Part shown: positions 9,749-22,261 of the stretch, piece by piece
Numbering within the stretch: position 1 is the first letter of the stretch
Layout of the letters: every line of letters begins with the position of its first letter
NCBI GenBank assembly: GCA_022450865.1
Contig: JAKUOQ010000002.1
Location: 1-63,954, forward strand
Reading direction: 5' to 3'
Length of the DNA stretch: 63,954 bases
Origin: Nitrospinales bacterium
GTDB taxonomy: Bacteria; Nitrospinota; Nitrospinia; Nitrospinales; VA-1
The notes under the pieces: model-generated
The model's database searches: none
Told to the model about the DNA's origin: nothing
What the model saw: only the letters and a program-made list of their open reading frames with translations
Made by a program: the position numbers and the translations under genes

Positions 9749-10414
9749 TTAACTGTTTTGCTTTAAATTAATTTGTTTCATGACCTGATCTATGACTTCT
9801 TCAATCGTAAATTTCGTAGTATCAACTTCAATAGCATCTTCTGCAGGGTGAAGCGGTGAAATAGTACGAGTCTTGTCTTCGTGATCCCTTAGTTTTACTT
9901 CAGCAATGATATTTTCCAAATCGACATTCATATTTTTTTCTTTCAATTCCAGATATCGTCTTTTGCCACGCTCTTCTGCATCCGCATCCATAAAGAATTT
10001 TAATTCCGCATTTGGAAACACCTGGGTACCAATGTCACGACCATCCATCACCACGTTCCCTGACTGACCTATTTCCTTCTGTTTGGCAACGAGGATTTCT
10101 CGAACTCTTTTTTGTGCTGCGACTTTTGCGGCACCCCGCCCCACGATTTCATTTTTTAGTAACCCAGCAGTATTTTCTCCGTTGACCTTTACTTGTTGCC
10201 CTTCCGGGTTGGCTACAAATTCAATTTTCAACTCTGCTACCCATTGACCCACAGCATTTTCATCATCTAGGTCAATACCTTCATTCTTTGCAGACCAGGC
10301 AACTGCTCTGTACATGGCTCCAGTATCGATATAGCGGTAATTAAGGTTCTTCGCTATAAATTTTGCAATAGTGCTTTTACCGCTACCTGCCGGTCCATCA
10401 ATGGCGATGATCAT
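9749..10414 (-). CDS. cmk: cytidylate kinase
   Basis: IIAIDGPAGSGKST P-loop and DTGAMYRA motif. Confidence 0.95.
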   Translation of the reverse strand: MIIAIDGPAGSGKSTIAKFIAKNLNYRYIDTGAMYRAVAWSAKNEGIDLDDENAVGQWVAELKIEFVANPEGQQVKVNGENTAGLLKNEIVGRGAAKVAAQKRVREILVAKQKEIGQSGNVVMDGRDIGTQVFPNAELKFFMDADAEERGKRRYLELKEKNMNVDLENIIAEVKLRDHEDKTRTISPLHPAEDAIEVDTTKFTIEEVIDQVMKQINLKQNS

Positions 10415-10418
10415 AGAG

Positions 10419-11282
10419 TTAAATTAATTTCATCCGGTATTTATTAGCCGCGGCAAACGCTTCTTCCAAAGCCTTACCGTCATTTTTTTCAATCACGCTA
10501 CGCAAGTCGTTCAACGTTTTCTGGTAGCGGTCTATCAGGTCCAGGGAATGAGTTTGATTCGTGAGACAGATATCACGCCACATCACGGGATCACCGGACG
10601 CTATACGAGTAATGTCTTTCAGTCCTGCTCCCGAATAGGCCGTGACTTCACGATCCTGTTTGGTACGCAAAGCTCCCAGAGTATTCATCAAGGCATAAGC
10701 GACGATATGAGGCAGATGGCTCACCGCACCAAAAACAAAATCATGTTCGTCTGCATCGAGTGTTAGCGTCTCCATTCCCACCGCTTTCCAAAGCGCGTCT
10801 ACTTTTCCAAACGCATGCGTATCGGTTTTAGATGTTGGCGTTAAAATACATTTTGCATTGAGGTATAAATCTTCCCGCGATGCTTCCAATCCTGATTTTT
10901 CCCCCCCGGCAATGGGATGTGATCCAACAAAGAAAATGCCTTCTGGCATCAAATCGTCCGCTTGGTTGACCAAGGGTCCTTTTACAGAACCCACATCGGT
11001 AATCACAGCACCTTGTTTTAGATGTGGTAATAAACTCTCAATCAACGGAATGATTTTGGAAACGGGTGTGCAAAGAACTACAAGGTCGACATCTTTAACG
11101 GCCTCTGCTAAGTTTTTGGCACAATGGTCTATGACGCCTAAAGATTTGGCTTTATCCAAATTCTCACGATTTCGACCAAACCCTGAAATTTCTTCGACAA
11201 GGTTATATCTACGACAAGCTTTAGCCAAAGATGCTCCCAAAAGACCAACACCAATGATGGTCATCTTTTCAAATAGCTTCAT
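10419..11282 (-). CDS. tyrA: prephenate dehydrogenase
   Basis: N-terminal Rossmann motif IIGVGLLGASLA, and the GSHPIAG and SHLPH motifs. Confidence 0.85.
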   Translation of the reverse strand: MKLFEKMTIIGVGLLGASLAKACRRYNLVEEISGFGRNRENLDKAKSLGVIDHCAKNLAEAVKDVDLVVLCTPVSKIIPLIESLLPHLKQGAVITDVGSVKGPLVNQADDLMPEGIFFVGSHPIAGGEKSGLEASREDLYLNAKCILTPTSKTDTHAFGKVDALWKAVGMETLTLDADEHDFVFGAVSHLPHIVAYALMNTLGALRTKQDREVTAYSGAGLKDITRIASGDPVMWRDICLTNQTHSLDLIDRYQKTLNDLRSVIEKNDGKALEEAFAAANKYRMKLI

Positions 11283-12364
11283 GCTTTTTTCAACCCCTGC
11301 TCAGGATAAGAACCCAAAACTCGAAATAACAATGTCTGCTTACCAAGAGTTTTGAAAACACGTTCAACAGCCTTATCCTCCATATGCCCTAGGAAGTCGA
11401 TATAAAACAGATATTCCCAAGGCCTGTTACGTAAAGGTCTTGATTGAATTTTGGTTAAACTAATTTTGTTATTTGCAAACAGTTCCAGCGTTTTTAGAAG
11501 CGACCCTGCTTCATCCTTAATGGAAAACATAATTGATGTCTTATTCCTTCTGGCTTTTTTGGCTTGATCCCTGCTAATAACCAAGAACCGCGTGTGATTT
11601 TCAGCACGATCCTGAATATTTTTGGCAATAATTTTTAATTGATGAACCTCAGCCGCTAACTGCCCGGCTATTGCCGCTGAATTCTTGTCCCGTTTTGCAA
11701 GCTCCGCTGCCTGAGCCGTACTAGAAGCTGGAATTTGTTCGACATCCGGTAGGTTACAGCTAAGCCAATTACGACTTTGCGCCAAAGGTTGCGGATGTGA
11801 ATAAACGGTCTTTATCTTTTTAGGATCTGTATTGTTTGCCAACAAGAATAAAGAAATGGCTAGTTGAGCTTCATCACAAATATGAAGCGGCGAATCGACA
11901 AAACAGTCAAGTGTTCGGTTGATAACACCTTCGATGGAATTTTCTACAGGCACCACTCCATAATCTGAATTCCCAAGCTCAACTTCAGAGAAAACGCTCT
12001 CAATATTAAGGCATGGATTAAACTTGCAGGAATGACCGAAATGCTTGATTGCAACTTGGTGACTGAATGTAGTTTCCGGACCCAGAAAAGCAACCCTCAA
12101 AGGCTTTTCTAATGCCAATGTTGCAGAAAAAATTTCACGGAAAATAGAATTGATAGCAGATGGGGGAAACGGACCCTTACTCTGGTCGTTCAACCTATCA
12201 AGAATGGAACGTTCACGTTGAGGAACATGGAAATGAGCAGTCTGCCCCTGAAGGGACTTCTCTTTACCTATTTTTTCGGCTAAAAGGCCACGGCGACTAA
12301 TCAGCTTTAAAAGCTGATCATCTATTTTATCAATCTGCTGGCGCAGATCTTCGAGCTTTGGCAA
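11279..12364 (-). CDS. pheA: bifunctional chorismate mutase / prephenate dehydratase (P-protein)
   Basis: CM domain (LRQQIDKIDDQLLKLISRR), PDT domain, and ACT domain with TRFLVI and ESRP-like SRPLRN. Confidence 0.9.
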   Translation of the reverse strand: MPKLEDLRQQIDKIDDQLLKLISRRGLLAEKIGKEKSLQGQTAHFHVPQRERSILDRLNDQSKGPFPPSAINSIFREIFSATLALEKPLRVAFLGPETTFSHQVAIKHFGHSCKFNPCLNIESVFSEVELGNSDYGVVPVENSIEGVINRTLDCFVDSPLHICDEAQLAISLFLLANNTDPKKIKTVYSHPQPLAQSRNWLSCNLPDVEQIPASSTAQAAELAKRDKNSAAIAGQLAAEVHQLKIIAKNIQDRAENHTRFLVISRDQAKKARRNKTSIMFSIKDEAGSLLKTLELFANNKISLTKIQSRPLRNRPWEYLFYIDFLGHMEDKAVERVFKTLGKQTLLFRVLGSYPEQGLKKA

Positions 12365-12527
12365 AAACGTTTACCACCTTTTCTTGGATTTCCCTCAACA
12401 GATGTATGGGATAGCTTGATCATTTCATAATTCCATCCTAATATGCAAGGATATTCTTTATGGGAACCATACCTTATACAAGGTTTTCTCTATCTTAATA
12501 ACCCGTTTCTATTGTGAGGTCATTCAA

Positions 12528-12836
12528 ATGATTTTGCTGGAATTCAGCATGAGTCCTATGGATAAAGGGGAAAGTGTAAGTGACCAAGTTAGCCGGTCTT
12601 TAAAAATTATCGATGAAAGTGGGGTGCCTTATAAGTTAAACCCGATGGGGACGGTATTGGAAGGCGAATTCGATGAGGTTATGGGTGTGGTCAAACAATG
12701 TTATGAAACCATGCGCTCGGACTCTAAACGTATCACCTGCGGTATAAAAATTGATTACCGTGAAGGCAAATCAGGAAGATTGGAATCAAAAATGGCCTCC
12801 ATAGAAAACAAACTGGGAAAAGAAGTGAAAAAGTAA
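12528..12836 (+). CDS. MTH1187/YkoF-family (DUF77) thiamine-binding-like protein
   Basis: EFSMSPMDKGESVSDQV...YKLNPMGTVLEGEFDEV is typical of the family. Confidence 0.7.
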   Translation: MILLEFSMSPMDKGESVSDQVSRSLKIIDESGVPYKLNPMGTVLEGEFDEVMGVVKQCYETMRSDSKRITCGIKIDYREGKSGRLESKMASIENKLGKEVKK

Positions 12837-12996
12837 AACTTTGCCCACAGAACGACATAGATAAGCAGAGACAAGGATTGTTTTCCTTCAAAAACTTCCC
12901 TTAGAAACTTAAAGTCGTAATATATCCAAAAACAATTATCGATAGAACCCCTCAGCTTATTTTGAGCAGTTATAAATCCTAAGCCTTATTTTTTTA

Positions 12997-13380
12997 TCAG
13001 CGCCCATCTATTTCCACCAGTGATTCTAATTGCATCAAATTTTTCCTAATATATAGCACCACCGCATGAATTTCCTGTTGAGTCAGTCGAGACTTCCAAG
13101 GCATCATGGCAGTACCTTTTCTTCCTTCGGTAACCGATTGAATCATCCGATCTTCTGTCAGTTCTTGTTTCGAATTTTCTGAGGTAAAATTTTTTGGAGG
13201 GGGGTTCAATACATTCGCGGCGAAGGTTTTTCCGTCCCCCTTATCTCCGTGACAGGCCCTACAATGCTTAAAAAAAATGTCCCGCCCAGTTTCAGAATCC
13301 AGCGAATTGGAAAAAGCTTTCGGCAAAACCAGAATGAAAAACCAAATAAAAACTCCTACCCAAGAAAAAAAGATTTTCAT
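12997..13380 (-). CDS. class I c-type cytochrome (monohaem)
   Basis: Signal peptide, CRACHG haem-binding motif, and a distal Met context GTAMMPW. Confidence 0.8.
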   Translation of the reverse strand: MKIFFSWVGVFIWFFILVLPKAFSNSLDSETGRDIFFKHCRACHGDKGDGKTFAANVLNPPPKNFTSENSKQELTEDRMIQSVTEGRKGTAMMPWKSRLTQQEIHAVVLYIRKNLMQLESLVEIDGR

Positions 13381-13464
13381 TATTTATAACTCACTAATAC
13401 TCTTGCTCAATAATAATTTTCGGGCTTCAACTAGTCAGACAAATTCCAACCGAGGGTGGTTTGG

Positions 13465-16173
13465 TTAGGGAACGTCTTCAAGTCTTTCGATCATTAATAT
13501 TTTGATCATATTTGCTTTGAACTGGCTCATAAGCTTGTTGAAAGTGACATGTTGATCTTTCAGCGAAACATAAAATACATCGATACCTCGATCTCCTTTA
13601 GTAGAAATTTTTGCCCGATGGATAAGAATGCCAAAATCTGCAAAAACAGATGCAATCTTATAAAGCATTCCCATATGATCGCGGGCTTCCACACGAATAA
13701 TAGTAAAGGTGCCTGTGGTTTCTCTTTCCACTTGAACTCGCGGAACGATGGCTTTATCTAAGCCCTTTTGCTCGCCCGCATAACGGGTACGTGAACGCAT
13801 CATATTTTTTAAATTAGTTTCTTTCGAAAACAATTTTGCTAGATTGAGTTTGATTTCTTTCCAGATTTCAAAATTGCTTCCCGTTGCAATATCGCTTTCT
13901 TCAACTTGGACCGAGACTATGACATATCCGTCTTTCTTTAAGTAGATATGAGCTCCCAGAATATTTAAGCTTTTTGCTGTTAAGGCACCTACCAGTTTTT
14001 TGAACGATTCCTGCCCAGAAACACACGATAGTGTAAGGTTATGAAACTTTCCTTCTTCATTGAATTCGTGATGCAATATAAAAGGTTTGTCTTTCAGCGA
14101 ACGGATCAATCTTATATGCAAAGCCACTTCTTCAGAATATGCGGTCATTAGGTAGTCTTCTGGCATAAGCCGAAGGTGGGATTCAATATCAGCAACGGGT
14201 AATTCGCCATGCAGGGCCTTGAAAACACCCACCCTTGTAGCTTGTGGATACTGATCCAGGGATTCCGGATCGCTAAGATATTTTAAAGTGCGCTCGTAAA
14301 GTTCGGAGAGCAAAAGTTTTTTCCAAGCTGTTAATGTCCCAGGTGCAACGGCACGTAATTCTGCAAAGCTGAAAAGATATAATGCCGTAAGACGTTCATG
14401 GTTTATCACTGTTTTAGCGAATTTCTGGATTACTGTCGGTTGGTGGATATCCTGATGCAAGGCAGTTTCCACCATTTCATAAATGTTCTTTATTAAAAAT
14501 TCTAGCAACTCTTTTTCCTCTGTTTGCAAATACAATCTCTCACTGATGAAATTTATAAACTCCTTCAAACCAGACTCCCCATCCATATCTGAAAGGGTTC
14601 CGGCAGATTGTAAAAGTGCTGCGAATTTTAGTGTTTTTTTATGCGAAAATTCTTCATATAAAAAAGCTAGGTCCGTAGGATTGCTCAACGTCGATACTTC
14701 TAGTTCCTCCAGAAACCGGATGATACGCAGCGAATGTTCGTCTGCTGTAAAGTGATGATAAAAATCATGGTTGACCTTGCAATGAGCCAATCCGAATTCC
14801 GGCAACACTTGTTCTAGAATTTCCGTTTCATGCATTAACCTCAGAGTTTTATGCGAGTCGCTATCTCCAAGAATTGAATAAAGAAAGTTTCTGACTTCTT
14901 CTCCCTCCATGTGTTCGGCAATAATTAGTTTTTTGTGCAACCTCAATTGCCTTCGAAGTTGGTAGTCAGGTGAAATGGAATATTTACGACAAAGCCCCAA
15001 AGCTTTCAGGACAAGGGATTTATCCTTTTTAAAATCATTTTTTTGGTCTCCTTCATATATTAGTGCCGAACCCGAGATACAGAATCCGTTCCCCAAAGAT
15101 TTTTTCGTTAGATCGGTAAGAACCTGCATGAAAGGTTGTTTGGCCTGAAGACAATGCTCAAAAAGATTTTCTGAGAAGTTATAGATATTAGTAGCGTGCA
15201 AATAATAATCGCGCATAAAGTCCTCAACGGGTTGCCCATCAAAGGAAGCAAGGTATCCCAGGTTTGCAGCAAGGTCTTTTTGAATTTCCCGAGATAGCAC
15301 ATCCGTCTTTTTTTCTGTCAAATAATGTAATTCATTTCGCACACGCAAAGTAAAATCTATCGAGTTATATAAAGATTCAATTTCCTGTGGAGAAATAACC
15401 TGAGCACCCTCGATCTCCCTAAAAGAATTTACGCCAAACCGAACTGCCGTCGCCCAAAGGGCATTGTGGTAATCTCTCAATCCACCCGGGCCATTTTTGA
15501 TGTCCGGCTCCGGGTGACACACAACCCCCTCATTATCTCCATAACGTGTGTACTTTTCTTTTAACTTTGAATTTAAAAATTTTTTAACACCCTTTTGCAG
15601 AACATTTTTATTAATGGAATTTGTAAAACGGCCATAAAGGGTCTGATCGCCCATCAAGAACCTGGTTTCAATCATCGATGTTTTTATAGTTAAATCTTCA
15701 TTGGCCAGCTTAATGCAATCTTTGATGGTGCGCGAACTGTGACCAATTTCCATACCGAATCCCCATAGCACAGACAAAACATCCTGAATAAAGGTGCCGG
15801 TTATAAGCTTTGGCCTTGTTGGTAGTAAGAAAAGTAGATCGATGTCGGAAAGTGGATTGAGCTCCCCTCTCCCATAACCTCCGACCGCAATCAGGCAAAA
15901 ATCTTCTAATACCGATTTGGACTTATATTGTTCCAACTGAGTCATGGAAAGAAGAACGTGCCGGACCACCTCATCGATTAAACTGGTTTGTGATTGAATT
16001 ACCTCCCATCCGCCTGCTCCAGAACGGTGCCAATCTTTGATCTTTACCTTTTCAATTTGAATCAATTCCTTAAAGGAATGGAAATAGGGCAAACGTTTCC
16101 TGGGATCTTCGGGAACGCTCTCCACAGTATTAAAATCTATCGCTAGTCGGTAATCGTTAGTCAATGTATTCAT
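13465..16173 (-). CDS. glnD: [protein-PII] uridylyltransferase / uridylyl-removing enzyme
   Basis: 902 aa with a nucleotidyltransferase motif (GGYGRGELNPLSDIDLLFL), an HD domain (FYHHFTADEHS) and two C-terminal ACT domains. Confidence 0.9.
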   Translation of the reverse strand: MNTLTNDYRLAIDFNTVESVPEDPRKRLPYFHSFKELIQIEKVKIKDWHRSGAGGWEVIQSQTSLIDEVVRHVLLSMTQLEQYKSKSVLEDFCLIAVGGYGRGELNPLSDIDLLFLLPTRPKLITGTFIQDVLSVLWGFGMEIGHSSRTIKDCIKLANEDLTIKTSMIETRFLMGDQTLYGRFTNSINKNVLQKGVKKFLNSKLKEKYTRYGDNEGVVCHPEPDIKNGPGGLRDYHNALWATAVRFGVNSFREIEGAQVISPQEIESLYNSIDFTLRVRNELHYLTEKKTDVLSREIQKDLAANLGYLASFDGQPVEDFMRDYYLHATNIYNFSENLFEHCLQAKQPFMQVLTDLTKKSLGNGFCISGSALIYEGDQKNDFKKDKSLVLKALGLCRKYSISPDYQLRRQLRLHKKLIIAEHMEGEEVRNFLYSILGDSDSHKTLRLMHETEILEQVLPEFGLAHCKVNHDFYHHFTADEHSLRIIRFLEELEVSTLSNPTDLAFLYEEFSHKKTLKFAALLQSAGTLSDMDGESGLKEFINFISERLYLQTEEKELLEFLIKNIYEMVETALHQDIHQPTVIQKFAKTVINHERLTALYLFSFAELRAVAPGTLTAWKKLLLSELYERTLKYLSDPESLDQYPQATRVGVFKALHGELPVADIESHLRLMPEDYLMTAYSEEVALHIRLIRSLKDKPFILHHEFNEEGKFHNLTLSCVSGQESFKKLVGALTAKSLNILGAHIYLKKDGYVIVSVQVEESDIATGSNFEIWKEIKLNLAKLFSKETNLKNMMRSRTRYAGEQKGLDKAIVPRVQVERETTGTFTIIRVEARDHMGMLYKIASVFADFGILIHRAKISTKGDRGIDVFYVSLKDQHVTFNKLMSQFKANMIKILMIERLEDVP

Positions 16174-16550
16174 TGAAAAGGGATAAAATTATGGATACTT
16201 AATCTATGAGAATAAAGAATTATTTGTAAAATACAAGTTTGACTCCTTCTAAGAACCAAAACACAGTTTTACATATATATTAAAATTTTACACAGGAAAG
16301 CAAGCGACATTAACGCATTCATTGGTCGTAAATACTTGAAGAGTCAGAGAGACTAAAGAATAAATAAGGGGGACTACTTCTGATGGGCGAAATCAACTAC
16401 AAAGTATGATTTTTGTCCCATCCAAATTTGCTTGACAATATACAACTTATATTTTAGCTTATTCGTCTCCTAATAAGCATAATTTAATTCGCCTTACCAG
16501 ATATTTTCTATCGTTTTTTAATATTAATATGGACTAATTGACTAACTTAA

Positions 16551-18797
<2,247 letters not shown>

Positions 18798-18823
18798 TAA
18801 ACCCGCTGAACACGTTGGAGTTT

Positions 18824-18849
18824 TTGGAGCTCCCTTTTCGGAGCTCCAA
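18824..18849 (+). other. 10-bp stem / 6-nt loop hairpin between icd and mdh (TTGGAGCTCC-CTTTTC-GGAGCTCCAA)
   Basis: Perfect inverted repeat 27 nt after the icd stop. No U-tract follows on either strand, so it is not a canonical intrinsic terminator. Confidence 0.45.
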
Positions 18850-18912
18850 TAAAAACCTCAGCAAATAACAAGTCAAACCTGATGCAGGTTTATTTTCATA
18901 TGAGGAACTGCT

Positions 18913-19866
18913 ATGTCAAGCACAAGAAAAAAGATCACGGTCGTTGGTGCGGGTCAAGTTGGGTCGACGGTTGCTCAGCTAACCGCCTATAAAAATCTCG
19001 GCGATGTAGTGATCATTGATATTATTGAAGGAGTTCCTCAAGGAAAAGCCTTGGACCTTCAGGAATCAAGCTGTCTTCAAGTGTTTGATAGTTTGGTAAC
19101 CGGAACCAATGATTATAAAGAAACTGCGAACTCCGATGTCGTGGTCATCACCGCTGGCTTGCCTCGCAAACCGGGAATGAGCCGCGAAGATCTTCTTGCT
19201 ACCAATGCCAAAATTGTGCAATCGGTGACCGAAAAGATCATGGAACATTCCCATGATCCCATCATAATCGTTGTATCAAATCCACTCGATGCGATGGTAT
19301 ACATGGCAAAACAAACAAGCAACCTGCCAAAGAATAAAATTATTGGCATGGCTGGCGTACTAGACTCAGCACGTTTGCGAACATTCGTATCACTGGAACT
19401 GGGTTGTTCACTGGTTGATGTGGATGCCATGGTTTTAGGGGGACATGGCGACTCCATGGTGCCTCTTCCTCGTTACACCTCGGTATCGGGGATATCGATC
19501 ACCGAGTTGATGACCAAGGAACAAATAGACCGTGTGGTAGAGCGCACACGAAAAGGTGGCGCAGAAATCGTTTCCTTATTGAAAACAGGTAGTGCTTTTT
19601 ATGCGCCGGGTTCTTCAGTTGTTAAAATGATTGAAGCTATTTTGCATGACAAACGTCGCATTCTTCCCTGTACTGCTTATCTAGAAGGTGAATATGGTTG
19701 GAGCGGAATTTTCTTCGGCGTGCCTGTTATGATGGGCATTAATGGAATTGAAAAAATTATCGAGCTGAAAATGACAGATGAAGAAAAAGTAGCACTTAAT
19801 AAGTCCGCACAAGATGTTAAAAAGACCTGCGATGAAATAGATGCTATTCTCGCTGAATCGAACTGA
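18913..19866 (+). CDS. mdh: malate dehydrogenase (LDH-like family)
   Basis: [13 protein letters not shown] Rossmann motif, [16 protein letters not shown], and the GGHGDSMVP motif. Confidence 0.95.
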   Translation: MSSTRKKITVVGAGQVGSTVAQLTAYKNLGDVVIIDIIEGVPQGKALDLQESSCLQVFDSLVTGTNDYKETANSDVVVITAGLPRKPGMSREDLLATNAKIVQSVTEKIMEHSHDPIIIVVSNPLDAMVYMAKQTSNLPKNKIIGMAGVLDSARLRTFVSLELGCSLVDVDAMVLGGHGDSMVPLPRYTSVSGISITELMTKEQIDRVVERTRKGGAEIVSLLKTGSAFYAPGSSVVKMIEAILHDKRRILPCTAYLEGEYGWSGIFFGVPVMMGINGIEKIIELKMTDEEKVALNKSAQDVKKTCDEIDAILAESN

Positions 19867-19919
19867 AAAAACTAATCGCCCCTCAGACAGGCAGGTTCTC
19901 GTGGAGTCCAAAAGAGACT

Positions 19920-20990
19920 TTATTGCCTTGATAAACTAAACGTTTCGTAAACGCTAACTCCTTCTGGCTTACCGTCACATTCCAATGGAATGGATTGCCA
20001 AAAATTCTTGTCTGCCTTCCATCTTGGATCCCATTCATCATCAGGGTCATTCGAAACACATATTCGCCAAACTTTTCCCTCAAGTTTTTTCTTTGAAACA
20101 TCCAGAGTAATAAAATGATTCATCAATGCTCTCTTAGCTAGCGCATTAAAAACGTCCTTCGGTGCAATATGCTTTCCTTTATTTTGCTGGTCGGCAAAAG
20201 GTTTAAAGGTTGCACCCCCACCACCCGAGACAATGTGCATTGTTCCCTCACCGCTACGGTATTGTGCCGACACGGATTGCACAATCTCAAAAACACCTTC
20301 TTCAACAGGACTCATCGGATGAAAGCGTTCGTAGGAATGCTGATTACCTGCCAGAACCAGGTCAGGTTTCAAAGCATTCAACTGTTTAAGAACCGTATTA
20401 CGCTTCTCTAGGTACCAAGCCGTGGTGATCGCAGGCTCATGAACGGCGAGAATAACCCACATCCCTTTTTCTCTGGCTTCCATAATTCGCGGCGCAAGCC
20501 AGGAAGTAGGATCTCTCCAGGGGTAATTATTGATAACACCAATTATGGCATTGCCGATCACCCGCGTCCCTTCCATTGCACGAGGTCCGGGTGTATCGAA
20601 CCCGGAATCGAGAGGGTCGATTTTGTCCCAACATCCTGAAGCTTTCGGTTTCCATTTTTTGGGTGGCAAATCATTATCACCCGCAATAAATAATTTTATT
20701 GGATATGGATTCGAAAGGGTCTCTTTGATTTCTTTAACATAACGGTCAGGACAAGAAGTTGGAAAAAATTCGGGTTGGTAAACGAAATCTCCAAGATGAA
20801 GCAAGGCATCTGCGTTTTGTTTGCGCATGGCTTTTTGTACTGCCATAAACCCCGGCGCGTATGCTCTCTCGCCTGTTCCCGTGTCCCCAACTACTACAAT
20901 CCGTGTAGCTCCCTCCCCTATTGAGTAACTCACGAATATTGCGAGAGAAAGAAGAAAAATAATTTTTATGGCAAACCATCTCATGATCAA
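19920..20990 (-). CDS. secreted metallophosphoesterase (calcineurin-like)
   Basis: Signal peptide, plus the VVGDTGTG, LGDFVY, AGDND and GNQHSYER motifs. Confidence 0.75.
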   Translation of the reverse strand: MIMRWFAIKIIFLLSLAIFVSYSIGEGATRIVVVGDTGTGERAYAPGFMAVQKAMRKQNADALLHLGDFVYQPEFFPTSCPDRYVKEIKETLSNPYPIKLFIAGDNDLPPKKWKPKASGCWDKIDPLDSGFDTPGPRAMEGTRVIGNAIIGVINNYPWRDPTSWLAPRIMEAREKGMWVILAVHEPAITTAWYLEKRNTVLKQLNALKPDLVLAGNQHSYERFHPMSPVEEGVFEIVQSVSAQYRSGEGTMHIVSGGGGATFKPFADQQNKGKHIAPKDVFNALAKRALMNHFITLDVSKKKLEGKVWRICVSNDPDDEWDPRWKADKNFWQSIPLECDGKPEGVSVYETFSLSRQ

Positions 20991-21418
20991 TACAACCCCT
21001 CAGGAAGAGTTTCTATGAAAGCTCGAATCTCATCGCGAACTCGACGGTAATGATCCAGAGCTTCTCCATCTGTCTTAGCCGTTTGCGCTAGTTTGGGAGG
21101 ATCGTCAAATCCGTGATGTACAATAGTAGTGGCGCAGGAAAAAACTGGACAGTTTTCATCCGCATGTCCACAAACAGTGACGACAATATCAAAAGGAATA
21201 GTTTCCACCTCTTCCACGCACTGAGACTTCTGTTGGGTGATGTCCACTTCTTCTTCCTGCATGACTTTTACCGCATTGGGGTTGAGGCCATGTGCTTCGA
21301 GGCCCGCTGAAAACGCCTGAATGGTATCACTTTTTAAATGCCGGGCCCAGCCTTCCGCCATCTGACTGCGACAGGAATTACCCGTACATAAAAACAGAAT
21401 TTTTAGTTTTTCTACCAT
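20987..21418 (-). CDS. arsC: arsenate reductase, LMW-PTPase (thioredoxin-coupled) type
   Basis: ILFLCTGNSCRSQMAEGW P-loop and a downstream Cys pair context (VCGHADENCP). Confidence 0.85.
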   Translation of the reverse strand: MVEKLKILFLCTGNSCRSQMAEGWARHLKSDTIQAFSAGLEAHGLNPNAVKVMQEEEVDITQQKSQCVEEVETIPFDIVVTVCGHADENCPVFSCATTIVHHGFDDPPKLAQTAKTDGEALDHYRRVRDEIRAFIETLPEGLY

Positions 21419-21634
21419 ACTTCCAACCTACCACCCACTAGGATCGGAAGCAACAAAGCTATCCCTTCAGACGCAGACTTTGCAACTGTAGTTAAAGGCT
21501 CAATATTCTATTTTAGTCTGGTGAGTTTTGACCTATTGCCAACCCGCGTTATGGGCTTGATTTTCGTTTAATTTTCGCTTATGCTGAGCAACAGTCACTA
21601 GCATGAGGCAAAACATGTAAATGGAGATAAAACT

Positions 21635-22234
21635 ATGCATCTCACCAAGCGTCAACGAGAGATCTATGACCACCTCAGGGATCATATTCGCAACCGGGGA
21701 TATGCGCCTAGCATCGCAGAGATAGGTAAACAGTTTAACCTCAGTTCTCCAGCCACGGTGCACAAACACCTTTCACACCTAGAAGAGAAGGGGCTGATCC
21801 GTAAACAGCAAAACCTGAGCCGAGCGATTGAAGTGGTACCCGAGCCAGGCGATGCTATGTCCTACCCCCTACTGGGAGAAATTGCTGCAGGAAAGCCGAT
21901 AGAAGCTCTCGATCAACGCGAGGTGGTCGACCTATTGCCCGATAGCAATAATAAAGATGTTTTTGTTTTGCGCGTTAAAGGCAACTCGATGATCGAAGAC
22001 CATATTCAAAACAACGATTATGTAATCGTTGAAAGACGTAACGTAGCTGAAAACGGCGAAACGGTAGTGGCGTTGATTGATAACGATCGGGCAACTTTAA
22101 AACGATTTTACCGCGAAAACGGTAGGATACGATTGCAACCTGCTCATCCTAATATGAAACCCATCTATGTGCGTGAAGGGGACTTCACTATTCAGGGCGT
22201 GGTCATCAGCGTCTTAAGAAAATTCAAAAAATAA
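21635..22234 (+). CDS. lexA: LexA repressor
   Basis: LTKRQREIYDHLRDHI wHTH, an AAG cleavage site (GEIAAGKPIEA), and Ser (VKGNSMIED) and Lys (ATLKRF) catalytic contexts. Confidence 0.95.
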   Translation: MHLTKRQREIYDHLRDHIRNRGYAPSIAEIGKQFNLSSPATVHKHLSHLEEKGLIRKQQNLSRAIEVVPEPGDAMSYPLLGEIAAGKPIEALDQREVVDLLPDSNNKDVFVLRVKGNSMIEDHIQNNDYVIVERRNVAENGETVVALIDNDRATLKRFYRENGRIRLQPAHPNMKPIYVREGDFTIQGVVISVLRKFKK

Positions 22235-22261
22235 TCAACCCCAAACAAAAAAGTAATTTAG

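Noticed and set aside
12365-12527. Possible TPP riboswitch upstream of the YkoF/MTH1187-like thiamine-binding gene.
   Set aside because: The conserved THI-box elements (CUGAGA and ACCUGAUCUGGAUAAUGCCAGC-like) are absent from the 163-nt leader.
21533-21769. 78-aa minus-strand ORF overlapping the lexA start.
   Set aside because: It is antisense to the well-supported lexA N-terminus and promoter region, with no SD or motifs.
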